From NCBI GenBank assembly GCA_050260095.1, contig JBLNBQ010000061.1:7261-71260 (forward strand): a stretch of DNA of 64,000 nt, given 5' to 3'. The notes beneath the pieces were generated by a model. That model had not been told where the DNA came from and ran no database searches. It saw nothing but the letters and a program-made list of their open reading frames with translations. The stretch comes from Chitinophagales bacterium (GTDB lineage: Bacteria; Bacillota; UBA5301; DYFA01). The position numbers and the translations under genes are program-made. Position 1 is the first letter of the stretch; every line of letters starts with the position of its first letter. Shown piece after piece: positions 27,077-39,570 of the stretch.

Positions 27077-27673
27077 GTGCAAAACAGGGTGGTGGCGGGA
27101 AGATACGCGGCAGCGCTCTTCCGGACTGCGGTGGCCCGCGGCGAGATGGAGCGGGTCGAACGCGACTTGGCGTTACTGGTTTCCACGCTGGGGGCAGAGG
27201 AGAGCCTCCGCCGGTTCCTCGACAGCCCCATGAACCCGCTGGGCGCCAAGAAAGAGCTACTGGGCAAGGTTTTCGGCGACAAGATTTCCCTTACGGTCCG
27301 CAACTTCCTCTTTCTCCTCGTCGACAAGAAACGGCACGAATACCTGGGCGCCATCGCTGAACTTTACCGCGAGCACGTCAACGCGGCCCGGGGCATCACC
27401 GTGGCCAAGGTGCGGTCGGCCCAGCCACTCACCCCGCAGGTGCGGGAAGCCATCCGGGCCAAACTCCGGAATCTGACCGGCCGCGAGATCGAACTGGAAG
27501 AGCAGATCGACGCGTCGGTGGTCGGGGGCGTCTACCTCCGGGTCGGAAACCGGGTGATCGACTACACCATTCAAAAGCAACTTGAGGAGCTGCGAGAGGG
27601 TATTGCCACCGGGCGGATCAACCTGGGGGGTAAGGCCGCCCGCAAACGGGTGCAGTGGAAGAAAGAACAGTAG
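27077..27673 (+). CDS. atpH: F1 ATP synthase delta (OSCP) subunit
   Basis: VAGRYAAALF... OSCP-like, directly upstream of atpA. No F0 genes upstream. Confidence 0.75.
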   Translation: MQNRVVAGRYAAALFRTAVARGEMERVERDLALLVSTLGAEESLRRFLDSPMNPLGAKKELLGKVFGDKISLTVRNFLFLLVDKKRHEYLGAIAELYREHVNAARGITVAKVRSAQPLTPQVREAIRAKLRNLTGREIELEEQIDASVVGGVYLRVGNRVIDYTIQKQLEELREGIATGRINLGGKAARKRVQWKKEQ

Positions 27674-27679
27674 GGGTGA

Positions 27680-29218
<1,539 letters not shown>

Positions 29219-29245
29219 GCGTAAGGCGCCCGGAGGTGAAATAGC

Positions 29246-30247
29246 GTGCAGGGTATCCGGGAGATCAAACGTCGCATCCGGAGCACCAAGAGTACCCGCC
29301 AGATTACCCGGGCCATGAAGATGGAGGCCGCGGCGCGGCTTCGCCGGGCGCAGGAACGGGTGGTGGCCGCCCGGCCCTACGCCGCGAAGATCGAGGAGAT
29401 GTTCCGGCACGTGGCCCGGCACAAGCTCAACCTGGACGATCCGCTCTTCCAGCCGCACGTCGGCGGGAACCGGGTCTGCTACATCGTGATCGCGGCCGAC
29501 CGGGGGCTGTGCGGCGGCTACAACGCCAACATCATCCGGAAGGCGATGGTTCACTCCGACCAGCTCGAGAAGGAGTGGGAAAAGGAGCAACCGGAGGCGC
29601 CGCCGCTGGAGTTCAGCTTCATCACTGTGGGCAAGAAGGCGAGAGAGTTCCTGACCTTCCGCCGCTTCTTCATCCTGCGCGACTGGCATGCGGCTTCAGA
29701 GTTGCCGACGATCGACCTGACCCACCGCATCGCCGAGGATGTCTGTCAGCGGTTCCTGCGGGGTGAGGTCGACCGGGTCTACCTGGTCTATTCCGAGTTC
29801 GTCTCGGTCATGAACCAGCGGCCCACCGTGCAGCAGTTGCTGCCGTTGTCCGTCCCCACCCTCGAGGAAGAGGAAGAGGCCGACAAGGCTGCGGCAGCCG
29901 AAGGCAAGGCGGACCAGGTGCGGAAGGTCGAGCAGAAGGACCGCCGCGAAGGCGGGGAGGCGGAGTCCGGACCCAAGCCGTGGGTTCCCGACTACGTCAT
30001 GGAGCCGTCACCCGAAGTGATCTTCGCCAAGCTGATCCCGCACACCATCGAGATCCGCGTCTTGCAGGCGCTGCTCGAGGGGCGGGCGGGCGAGTTCGGC
30101 GCCCGCATGACGGCGATGGAGAACGCGACCAAGAACGCCGAAGAGATGATCGACCGGTACACGCTCTCCTTCAACCGGGCCCGCCAGGCGGCCATCACGC
30201 AGGAGATCAGCGAGATCATCGGCGGCGTCGAAGCGGCCAAGGTTTAA
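29246..30247 (+). CDS. atpG: F1 ATP synthase gamma subunit (with a ~50-aa acidic insertion)
   Basis: IRSTKSTRQITRAMKMEAAARLRRAQE N-terminus and a conserved C-terminal helix. Insertion LEEEEEADKAAAAEGKADQVRKVEQKDRREGGEAESGPKP. Confidence 0.9.
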   Translation: MQGIREIKRRIRSTKSTRQITRAMKMEAAARLRRAQERVVAARPYAAKIEEMFRHVARHKLNLDDPLFQPHVGGNRVCYIVIAADRGLCGGYNANIIRKAMVHSDQLEKEWEKEQPEAPPLEFSFITVGKKAREFLTFRRFFILRDWHAASELPTIDLTHRIAEDVCQRFLRGEVDRVYLVYSEFVSVMNQRPTVQQLLPLSVPTLEEEEEADKAAAAEGKADQVRKVEQKDRREGGEAESGPKPWVPDYVMEPSPEVIFAKLIPHTIEIRVLQALLEGRAGEFGARMTAMENATKNAEEMIDRYTLSFNRARQAAITQEISEIIGGVEAAKV

Positions 30248-30269
30248 TTTCTGCAGTTGGGGAGGTTAG

Positions 30270-32139
<1,870 letters not shown>

Positions 32140-32160
32140 ATCCTGCGCAAGTCGCTTCGT

Positions 32161-32197
32161 GAGCCCCGCCGTTCCGGCGGGGCTCTCTTCTTGTGTG
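32161..32197 (+). terminator. Intrinsic terminator after atpC
   Basis: GAGCCCCGCCG-ttc-CGGCGGGGCTC 11-bp perfect stem followed by TCTTCTTGTGTG. Confidence 0.55.
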
Positions 32198-32441
32198 CGC
32201 GCGCCCAGTGCAAGCCTTCGTCTACTAGCTGGTGAAAGTCCAGCCGGGGTAAGGGCCAAGCCGCCCCGTAGCTGACCACCGGTGGAAGCGAAGTTGTGGG
32301 AGGCCGGCGGGGCGACCCCGCCTCCTACCCGATCGGCGCGTGCGCCGGCAGGTATGCGCCGTCCAGCCAGCGAATATTTCCCTGCGCAGGGAATGGAAGG
32401 TGGCCGCGGTGCAGGGCCGAAAGGCGGGGCTCAGGGCACTG

Positions 32442-34208
32442 GTGCAGGCGAGGCGGCTCGGCCTTCGGCTGACAAAGCCGTTGGTTTGGGCCGTGCTCTT
32501 CGGCCTGCTGTTTTTGTCCGGCGCCGCTCCGGCGTCCGCCAATCCCTTCACCGAACTTCCGGCCGGCCACTGGAGCTTTGCGGCCCTTGCAGGGCTTGTC
32601 TCCTCCCGGCTGATCGCCCCGCAGGATTTGCTCGACCCTCAGGCGGGGAACCCCGTGATGCGCTTCGAACTGGCGCTGGTGGTGGCCAAGGCGGTCCGCG
32701 CCCTAAATCGCGGGCCGGCCCGTGAGGCGCCCGTCGCGCTCGATCCACTGCTCGACGGATACCGGGTCGGCAGCGGGGCCAAGGCGCGGCCGCTCACTCC
32801 GGCGGAGCGGGAGGCCGTGCGGGCTCTGGTGGCCGAGTTCCTGCCGGAGTTGGAGGTGCTCGGCCTTTCCTTCGCCGGGAGGGGCGAGCCGGCCCAGATG
32901 ACGCCCGCCTCCGAGCCGCTTCCCCTGGCGCCGGCGCCCGGGACGTTCGTGGACCTCGACGACCTTTCGCCCGGTCCGGCGCAGGTCGCCGCCGCGCCAG
33001 CTTCGGCGCCGTCCGCCGCGCCGGAGCCGGTCCCGGCGGAACCGGCTCCGGCCCCGGCTTCCTCACCGGCTCCCCCTTCGGCTGCCGTCCCTGCGGTCGC
33101 GGCCGAACCGTCCGAGCCCCCGTCCCTGCCGTCGCCACCGCCGCCGGAAGCGCCCATGGCGCCGGCCGCCCCGGGTGAGACTGGCCTCCCGGTCGAGCCG
33201 TTGCCCGAACCGGCGAGCGGGCTTCTGCCGGTGGTCGCCGCGGTTGCCCCGATGGTGAACACCCCGGCGGGTGCGGCCGTCCTGCCGGAGGACGCCCTGA
33301 CCCGGCAGGGGACCGGCGCCTTGCCCGGGCAGGTCGTCGTCGAGACGCAATCGACTTATGAGGCGATCCCGTCGGCGAAACCGGTCATCGCGGTGGCGGC
33401 CGCCGTGCAGACGGGCGAGACCCGCCTGCCCGTTCCCGGCGTGAAGGTCAGCGTGGCGCCGACCGTCACAGTCAACAGCGAAGTGGCGCCGGGCGGGGCG
33501 ATCCATCCCCAGGTGGGGTCGGTGGAAGTGCAGGCCAAGGTGCAGATCGCCGGCGTGGAGATGGGCGCCAGCGTCAAGAACGTCCAAGCGCTGGAACCCC
33601 AGGCGCAGGAGAGCCTCGACCTCAAAGTGGGCGGCGTGCCCGAGCAGCACGGGGTCGGGCTCAGCCTCCGTCTCGGTCAGGTGGCGTTCATGACCGACTT
33701 CTCCAAGGTCCGGAAAGACGAGGGCGGCACCGAGCGGCGGCGCTCCTTCGGGCTCGGTTATTCGCTCGGTTCGACGGCCGTGCTCCGCGCCGGGTACCAG
33801 TTGGTCGACCTCGACGCCATCGGCGGCACGAAACCCCGAACCGACGCCTCGCTGGGCGTCAACGTGAACGTGACCCGGGTGGCTTCGGTCTCCGCCGGGA
33901 TGACTCTGGAAGGGATGCGCTCCGACCTCCCTGGCGGCTCGGAGGGGCAACGGACGACGGCCGGCGTCGAGCTGCGCCTGCCGTGGAACACCTTCGCCAC
34001 GGCCGGGCTCGAGCTTTACCGTCCTACGACCGAGAGCGCCGGCACACCGTCGCAGAGCGCTGCCACCGTCGGACTCGGCTACAACTTCGCGCCCAACGGC
34101 ACGCTGCTGGTCGGCTACCGGCTGATCGACTTCGGGACACAGACGGGAGACCCGGCGGAGAAGTCGAGGGAGCAGAGCCTGACCGCCGGGGTGTCGCTGA
34201 GTTTCTGA
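32442..34208 (+). CDS. OmpM-like outer-membrane protein: N-terminal SLH domain, Pro/Ala-rich linker, C-terminal beta-barrel
   Basis: Signal peptide, SLH-like FTELPAGHWSFAALAGLV...RFELALVVAKAV, a long PAPA-rich linker, beta-barrel region ending ...GVSLSF. Start uncertain (GTG 32442 proposed). Confidence 0.55.
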   Translation: MQARRLGLRLTKPLVWAVLFGLLFLSGAAPASANPFTELPAGHWSFAALAGLVSSRLIAPQDLLDPQAGNPVMRFELALVVAKAVRALNRGPAREAPVALDPLLDGYRVGSGAKARPLTPAEREAVRALVAEFLPELEVLGLSFAGRGEPAQMTPASEPLPLAPAPGTFVDLDDLSPGPAQVAAAPASAPSAAPEPVPAEPAPAPASSPAPPSAAVPAVAAEPSEPPSLPSPPPPEAPMAPAAPGETGLPVEPLPEPASGLLPVVAAVAPMVNTPAGAAVLPEDALTRQGTGALPGQVVVETQSTYEAIPSAKPVIAVAAAVQTGETRLPVPGVKVSVAPTVTVNSEVAPGGAIHPQVGSVEVQAKVQIAGVEMGASVKNVQALEPQAQESLDLKVGGVPEQHGVGLSLRLGQVAFMTDFSKVRKDEGGTERRRSFGLGYSLGSTAVLRAGYQLVDLDAIGGTKPRTDASLGVNVNVTRVASVSAGMTLEGMRSDLPGGSEGQRTTAGVELRLPWNTFATAGLELYRPTTESAGTPSQSAATVGLGYNFAPNGTLLVGYRLIDFGTQTGDPAEKSREQSLTAGVSLSF

Positions 34209-34255
34209 GCGGGAGGTTCGCAAAGAACCGGTAACAATTCGGGAGGTGTACTGTG

Positions 34256-35197
34256 ATGTCCACAAAGCCGTTCCTGAGCTGGGACAGGCCCGCCGCTGCC
34301 TTGCTGGCGGCCGTGCTGGTGCTGGTCAACGCCCTGCCTGTTGGCGCCTGGGAGATCTCTTCGGGTCCCTTGGCGGGTTTGACCAGCCTCGAGAAGACGG
34401 TCTATGGGCAGGAGGGGACGGGCCCCATCCTCCAGCGCATCGACACGCTTGAGAAAGACGTGCTCGGCGGCAAGCAGGAAGGGCCGATCGTGGCCCGCCT
34501 CGAAAAGCTCAACTCCACCCTGCGCGGCCAGGGCGATTCGCTCCTCTTCCGCCTCAACGCCTTGGAGTGGTATCTCACCCGGACCCTCTCGGCCGGCGCC
34601 CTCAACCCCCGCCTGACCCAGGTGGAACAGTCGTTCTCCGGCCAGGCTGAGACGGGTCCGCTCGGTCCCCGCCTCGACCGCCTGGCGAAACTCGTCTGGC
34701 CCGACGGCAAGGCGGACGGGGGGCAGGTCCAGCTGGAGAAGGGGACGCTCGTCAAGATCAAGCTCGGGACCGAACTGAGTTCCCAGGCCACCAAGGTGGG
34801 GGACAGGGTCAAGTTCCAGGTGGCGCAGGACGTCAAGGTCGACGGGAAGCTGCTCATCCCCGCCGGGCTCGCCGGGGAAGGCCGGGTGACGGAAGTGGTC
34901 GCCGCCGCCAACCTCGGCCGCGACGGGCGGGTCCGCGTCAACTTTGGCACGATCCCCGCGCTCGACGGGCAGCTCTTCCCGATCGAGGTCGACGAGAAGG
35001 CGACCGAGATGAACAAGTCGCTCCAGTTCGCCGCCGGCGCCGCGATGGCCGGGGTCCTGCTTCTGGGGCCGGTCGGGTTGGTCGGCGGGTACTTCGTCAA
35101 GGGCAAGGACGTGGTGATCCCGATCGGCACCGAGTTCTACGTGTCGATCACGGCGTCGTCACTGGTGACCGGGCTCGCGGTCAGCACCACCAAATAG
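34256..35197 (+). CDS. Secreted hypothetical protein with three internal G-P-[IL]-x-x-R-[IL]-[DE]-x-L-[EA]-K repeats and a C-terminal beta-rich domain
   Basis: Signal peptide, repeats (TGPILQRIDTLEKDVLG / EGPIVARLEKLNSTLRG / TGPLGPRLDRLAKLVW), GGGAGGTG RBS. Confidence 0.4.
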   Translation: MSTKPFLSWDRPAAALLAAVLVLVNALPVGAWEISSGPLAGLTSLEKTVYGQEGTGPILQRIDTLEKDVLGGKQEGPIVARLEKLNSTLRGQGDSLLFRLNALEWYLTRTLSAGALNPRLTQVEQSFSGQAETGPLGPRLDRLAKLVWPDGKADGGQVQLEKGTLVKIKLGTELSSQATKVGDRVKFQVAQDVKVDGKLLIPAGLAGEGRVTEVVAAANLGRDGRVRVNFGTIPALDGQLFPIEVDEKATEMNKSLQFAAGAAMAGVLLLGPVGLVGGYFVKGKDVVIPIGTEFYVSITASSLVTGLAVSTTK

Positions 35198-35251
35198 CAC
35201 GCCGGAAAAACTGGCCGGGGCCCAGCTCCATACCCCAAAGCACTCCCAGGC

Positions 35252-35285
35252 GGCCCTTTCCGCAAGCCGGAAGGGGCCTTTCTCT
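35252..35285 (+). terminator. Intrinsic terminator
   Basis: GGCCCTTTCCG-caagc-CGGAAGGGGCC stem followed by TTTCTCT. Confidence 0.4.
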
Positions 35286-35395
35286 GGGCCGGCATGGGAA
35301 TCTCCCCTGCGATTCCTGGCAGGAGAGGGAATAGCGGAAGCCGTACTTAGCAGAGAACACCTGCCTTGAGGGGCGAGGAACAGGGGAGGAGGAGC

Positions 35396-37024
35396 ATGAG
35401 CGTGCGCCGGGGGAGACTTGCCAACCGGTCCTTACTGCCAGGCCTGTTCGCCCTGGCGCTGTTCCTGCTGCCCTTAAGCGGCCCGGCCCGCGCCGCCGCG
35501 GCCGACTTCCAGCTCTCCGCCGACAGTATCGAGCACGACCTGGGCGCCGGGATCGTCACGGCGTCTGGCGGCGTCAGAGTCCAGCTCGCAGAGATGGAAG
35601 CGCGCGGAAACCTCCTGCGCGCAGACCTGAGCACCCATATACTCTCCATGGAGGGTCCAGTCCTCGTCGCCACCCCCTCCGGCGCGGTGCAGGGGGAGGA
35701 TCTGCGCTACGCCTGGGATCAGCGAACCGGCAGCCTACGAAACGCTCAGTTCGCCAGCGAGGGCGTGAGGTTCAGCGGGGGGGAGGCTGAGTTCGCTGCC
35801 AGTAGCTGGACCTTGCACGATGGCCTGCTCACGAAGTGCGTCTATCCCACGCCGGAGTACGCGCTGCAAGCCAGGGAGATTGCCGTCGACCCCGAGCGGC
35901 AGGTCGCCTACATCCGGGGCGGGCGCCTCGCCTTGTTCGGACACACCATCCTCCCGCTGCCGAATCTGCGCCTCTCGCTCCAGGATACGGAGATCGGCCG
36001 GCTCAGCCGGGGCAATCTCCCGGTGCCGGAGACGGGCTACGATTCCGAGCGCGGCTACTTCCTGGCGCAACGACAGCCGCTCTACCTCTCCGACACCACC
36101 TTCGTCCTGGCGCAGGCTGGGTACGGTTCCGAAGAGGGAGCGCGCCTCGGTCTCTCCGGCCTCTATACGCCTTCTTCTGCCGCCGCCTACCGCTGGGATC
36201 TCGTGTACCAGCAGCGCCCGCCCGTGGCCGACGGCCTGATCCGGGCCGAGGCTGCGCCGGCAATCCACGGGACGGCGGAGTACGAACTCAAAGACGCCGC
36301 CGGCCGGCTCAAGCTCGGCGTCGAGAAGAAAGACGACGAGGCCCGGCGCGACCTCACCTTCCTACCCCGGGTCGAGGTGTCCCCCCGCCCCGTGACCGTG
36401 GCCGGCGTCACGCTCGTGCCCACCTTAGAATGGGCCAATATCCAGGAGGAAGCCAGTGGACAGGCGGCGACGCGCACCCTGGCCGGCCTCTCCTGGTCGG
36501 CTGCGCCGCGGCTCAGCTTGCCGTTCGCCCTGACCTTCTCCGGCGCCGAGAAGCAGACTTGGTACGGCACGGGCGAGGCGCTGACCACCCGCGTCCTCTC
36601 GGGCGCCGTCACCCAGCCGCTCACCGAGGCGCTGCGACTCCAAACCGGCGTGAACGTCCGGCAGTATACCGGCCGGACTCCGTTCGTCTTCGACCAGCCA
36701 GACCGTTACTCCGAAGGCGAGGTGGGGCTAGCCTGGCAATCGGGGGGCAACACGCTTTATGGCGCCGCCGCCTACGACTTGGCCGGGTGGGGAACCGCCG
36801 ACGGCACCCGCGCCTTGCCGGGGCAACCCGCCGCACTCAAAGCCAGCGCCATCCTGGCCTCGGAAGGCTGGCGCGCCAGCGCTGAGGTCCGGTACGAACT
36901 GGGCGAGAAACCGCACTACTCGACTGCTGAACTTGAGCTCACTCGGGTGCTCCACTGCTTCGAGGTGACGCTGAGTGCGGAGCCAGTCGAGAAGAAGATC
37001 GCTTTTGAAGTGAGTTTCCGTTAG
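35396..37024 (+). CDS. Second, shorter LptD-like outer-membrane protein (OstA-like N-domain plus beta-barrel)
   Basis: Strong RBS AGGGGAGGAGGAG, signal peptide ...LLPLSGPARAAAA. TKCVYPTPEYALQAREIAVDPERQVAYIRGGRLALFGHTILPLPNL parallels the LptD motif TTCDLPDPHYHLEAREIVIH...LVTLPYLAIPL of the 1817 gene. Ends ...FEVSFR. Confidence 0.5.
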   Translation: MSVRRGRLANRSLLPGLFALALFLLPLSGPARAAAADFQLSADSIEHDLGAGIVTASGGVRVQLAEMEARGNLLRADLSTHILSMEGPVLVATPSGAVQGEDLRYAWDQRTGSLRNAQFASEGVRFSGGEAEFAASSWTLHDGLLTKCVYPTPEYALQAREIAVDPERQVAYIRGGRLALFGHTILPLPNLRLSLQDTEIGRLSRGNLPVPETGYDSERGYFLAQRQPLYLSDTTFVLAQAGYGSEEGARLGLSGLYTPSSAAAYRWDLVYQQRPPVADGLIRAEAAPAIHGTAEYELKDAAGRLKLGVEKKDDEARRDLTFLPRVEVSPRPVTVAGVTLVPTLEWANIQEEASGQAATRTLAGLSWSAAPRLSLPFALTFSGAEKQTWYGTGEALTTRVLSGAVTQPLTEALRLQTGVNVRQYTGRTPFVFDQPDRYSEGEVGLAWQSGGNTLYGAAAYDLAGWGTADGTRALPGQPAALKASAILASEGWRASAEVRYELGEKPHYSTAELELTRVLHCFEVTLSAEPVEKKIAFEVSFR

Positions 37025-37174
37025 AACATCGCGCAGCCCTCGCGCCGTTCCTTATCGCGGGTTCATCCCTGGCGGCACAGATTCCCTGGCGAATGGTGCT
37101 TGCCACTCGCAAGAGGTGAGCCTCCGGGTGCAGGCGAACTAACGAGTGAAATGCCGAGGAAAGGCAGGAGCGGA

Positions 37175-38365
37175 ATGAACGGGGAACGGACGACCAGTCG
37201 CCAGCCAGCCCAGACCGGCTGGCTGGTTGCAGGGGCGTTGGTGCCTTTCGGAAATGCGTCGCTTGGCCTTCTCCTTTCCCTGGGCGGGTTGGCCGCGGCG
37301 CTTGCCAGAGGGCGACTGCGCTGGAAGATGGCAGACCCTGTGTATGGGCTTTTTCTGGCGCTTCTGGGATGCCTGGCGTTGAGTGCAGCGTTCTCTCCCG
37401 TGCGCGGTGTGGCTGCAGCCCTCTCAACTGGCTACGCCCTGCTGATGGGAGGATACGTCTTCGCAGCTCAGGGCAGCGATCCTGTCTGGATCCGGCGCAG
37501 GTTCGTTCCTACCCTGATGGTAGCCAGCTCAATCTCCTACGCCTTCGCCATCGGCCGGGCTCTGATCACTGACTCCCGGCGGGCAGGCACCCTTGGCAGT
37601 GGAGCCAATGGTTACGGAACGCTGATCATCCTGTGCAGCGGAGTGGCGCTCGGGTACTTGTTGAGCCGCGACGAGCGGCGGCGCTGGCCGGCGCTGGTCG
37701 CGTACGTCGCAGTTGCATCGGTTGCCTTGGCTTTCACACTCTCCCGCGGTGCTTGGCTGGGATTCTTCACGATGCTGGTTGTCCTTGCCCTGTGGAACCC
37801 CCAGTTTCGTCGCTGGCTCTGGCTTGGACTCCTGCCGTTGGCAGTTGCTTTCACGGCCATCCCACGGCTGGCGCCTCGGTTGCTCAGCATTTTCACGGCG
37901 GAAGCCTATTTGTCCCGGGTTTACATCTGGCGCTCGGCCTGGCGGATGATCCAGGACCATCCGCTCACCGGCGTGGGCGCTGGAGTCTTTATGCACGTCT
38001 ACGGGGCGTACGTTCAACCGGGCGCCAGCGAGCAGAGCGTCGCCTACGCTCACAACCTCTTCCTGCAGGTCTGGGCGGAATTTGGACTCATCGGATTCGT
38101 CATCTTCCTGGCCATCTTGGGCCGGGTGCTTTACATGTCCTTCCGTCTCGCCCGCACAGGCGACTCTCTCTACCAGGGTATCTTCGCCGCCTTTCTGGGG
38201 GTGCTCGTTCACCAGCAGGTTGACATCCCTATCTGGGGTATTGAAGTCGGCGGAGCGTTTTGGCTGCTGGTCGGTCTCACAATCAGCTTGTACGTGCACG
38301 AAATGGGGAAAGCGCAAAATGAAGCGGTGCGTGGTCACTGGTGGGGCGGAGTTCATCGGGTCTAG
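37175..38365 (+). CDS. O-antigen ligase/polymerase-family (Wzy_C/WaaL-like) membrane protein
   Basis: About 10 TM segments and the periplasmic loop with AHNLFLQVWAEFGLIG typical of the O-antigen ligase domain. Starts are possible at 37100, 37151 and 37175. Confidence 0.55.
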   Translation: MNGERTTSRQPAQTGWLVAGALVPFGNASLGLLLSLGGLAAALARGRLRWKMADPVYGLFLALLGCLALSAAFSPVRGVAAALSTGYALLMGGYVFAAQGSDPVWIRRRFVPTLMVASSISYAFAIGRALITDSRRAGTLGSGANGYGTLIILCSGVALGYLLSRDERRRWPALVAYVAVASVALAFTLSRGAWLGFFTMLVVLALWNPQFRRWLWLGLLPLAVAFTAIPRLAPRLLSIFTAEAYLSRVYIWRSAWRMIQDHPLTGVGAGVFMHVYGAYVQPGASEQSVAYAHNLFLQVWAEFGLIGFVIFLAILGRVLYMSFRLARTGDSLYQGIFAAFLGVLVHQQVDIPIWGIEVGGAFWLLVGLTISLYVHEMGKAQNEAVRGHWWGGVHRV

Positions 38366-39295
38366 CCTCACCCGCCGGCTGGTCGCCGAGGGTGTTCGGG
38401 TGAGGGTCGTAGACAACCTCTCCACGAGGTCCCTGGCGAACCTGGCCCGCTTGGAACAGGCGGTCGACTTCGTGGAGGGTGACGTCCGGGACAGTGAGCT
38501 TCTGCGGGAGGCTTGCCGCGGTGCGGAAGTTGTCTTCCACCAGGCGGGCATCGCCTCGGTGCAAGCGTCGGTGGAGGATCCGGCGGGCTGCCACGCCGTG
38601 AACGTGGGAGGCACGCTCAACGTCCTCCTGGCGGCCCGGGAGGCGAGGGCACGGCGGGTCGTCTTCGCCTCGTCTTCCTCGGTCTACGGCGACGCGTCCA
38701 CTCTCCCCTTGCGCGAAGAGACGCCGCCACGGCCCTTGTCGCCCTATGCGGCGACCAAACGCTGCGGCGAAGACTACTGCCGGGTCTTCTCAGAGTTATT
38801 CGGCCTGGACACGGTGGCCCTGCGCTACTTCAACGTCTTCGGTCCCCGTCACAACCCGGCCGCCGAGCACGCGGCGGTGATCCCAAAGTTCGTCTTGGCC
38901 GCCTTTCGGGGCGAGAACCGGTCATCCACGGCGACGGAGAACAGTCGCGGGACTTCGTCTTCGTCGAGGATGTAGTCCAGGCGAACCTGCTTGCCGCTCG
39001 GCGGGAGGAACCACTCGGCGGACAAGCCTTGAACGTGGGCACCGGGACTGTGACGAGTCTAAACGGTCTGATTCAAGCGCTGAGTTTGGCACTCGGCCGG
39101 CCTGTTCGCGCTCGTCACGCTGCCCCGCGCCAGGGCGATATCAGACACTCCATGGCCGACCCATCCCGCGCCCGCCAAGCGCTGGGATTTGCCGCGGGTC
39201 ATTCGTTCAGTGAGGGGCTGCGCCTGACCGTCGACTGGTACGCCCGGCAGGTGTTGGGCAGGGCGGACGCCGAGGTGGCGGCAGCCGGGGAGTGA
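38319..39295 (+). pseudogene. NAD-dependent sugar epimerase/dehydratase (UDP-glucose-4-epimerase/WbpP-like) with an apparent frameshift near 38913
   Basis: MKRCVVTGGAEFIGS Rossmann N-terminus and YAATK catalytic motif in frame a up to ...AAFRGE. The conserved PVIHGDGEQSRDFVFVEDVV... continues in frame b to 39295. Confidence 0.6.
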
Positions 39296-39311
39296 TTCCC
39301 GTTCACTCCAA

Positions 39312-39340
39312 TTGACACCCCCGTTCCTGTGTGCTATCAT
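39312..39340 (+). promoter_or_regulatory. Sigma-70/SigA-type promoter: TTGACA - 17 nt - TATCAT
   Basis: Perfect -35, 17-nt spacer, -10 TATCAT, about 27 nt upstream of the SAM riboswitch. Confidence 0.5.
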
Positions 39341-39366
39341 CGGAATGTCCAAGTGAATAATGCGCG

Positions 39367-39475
39367 GACTCATCATGAGCGGCGGAGGGAACGGCCCGAT
39401 GAAGCCCGGCAACCAGGCGGCGGCGCCCAGGTGCCAAGTCCGACAGAATGCCAATTCTGGAAGATGAGACGAGAC
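39367..39475 (+). promoter_or_regulatory. SAM-I (S-box) riboswitch aptamer in the metK leader
   Basis: P1 CTCATC...GATGAG. Conserved GAGGGA, GGCCCGATGAAGCCCGGCAACC, GGTGCCAAGTCC, AGATGAG boxes in the canonical order. Confidence 0.8.
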
Positions 39476-39480
39476 TTCAC

Positions 39481-39514
39481 GCCTCTTCCGAATTGGAGGG
39501 GGCGTAACTTTTTG
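39481..39514 (+). terminator. Riboswitch expression-platform terminator
   Basis: GCCTCTTCC-gaatt-GGAGGGGGC stem followed by GTAACTTTTTG. Confidence 0.5.
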
Positions 39515-39570
39515 TCCCCGTCCTGTTCACCGTGGACCAGGGTAACGCTACGCAGTGGGAGGCTTGCCGC

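Noticed and set aside
32225-32245. GGTGAAAGTCC resembles the GGUGAAAAUCC box of cobalamin and FMN riboswitches
   Set aside because: The other obligatory boxes (B12 box GCCACTG, FMN AGGATAGTG/GGCGGTGA) are absent, and the downstream gene is an OMP rather than a cofactor gene. It is reported only as an unclassified structured leader.
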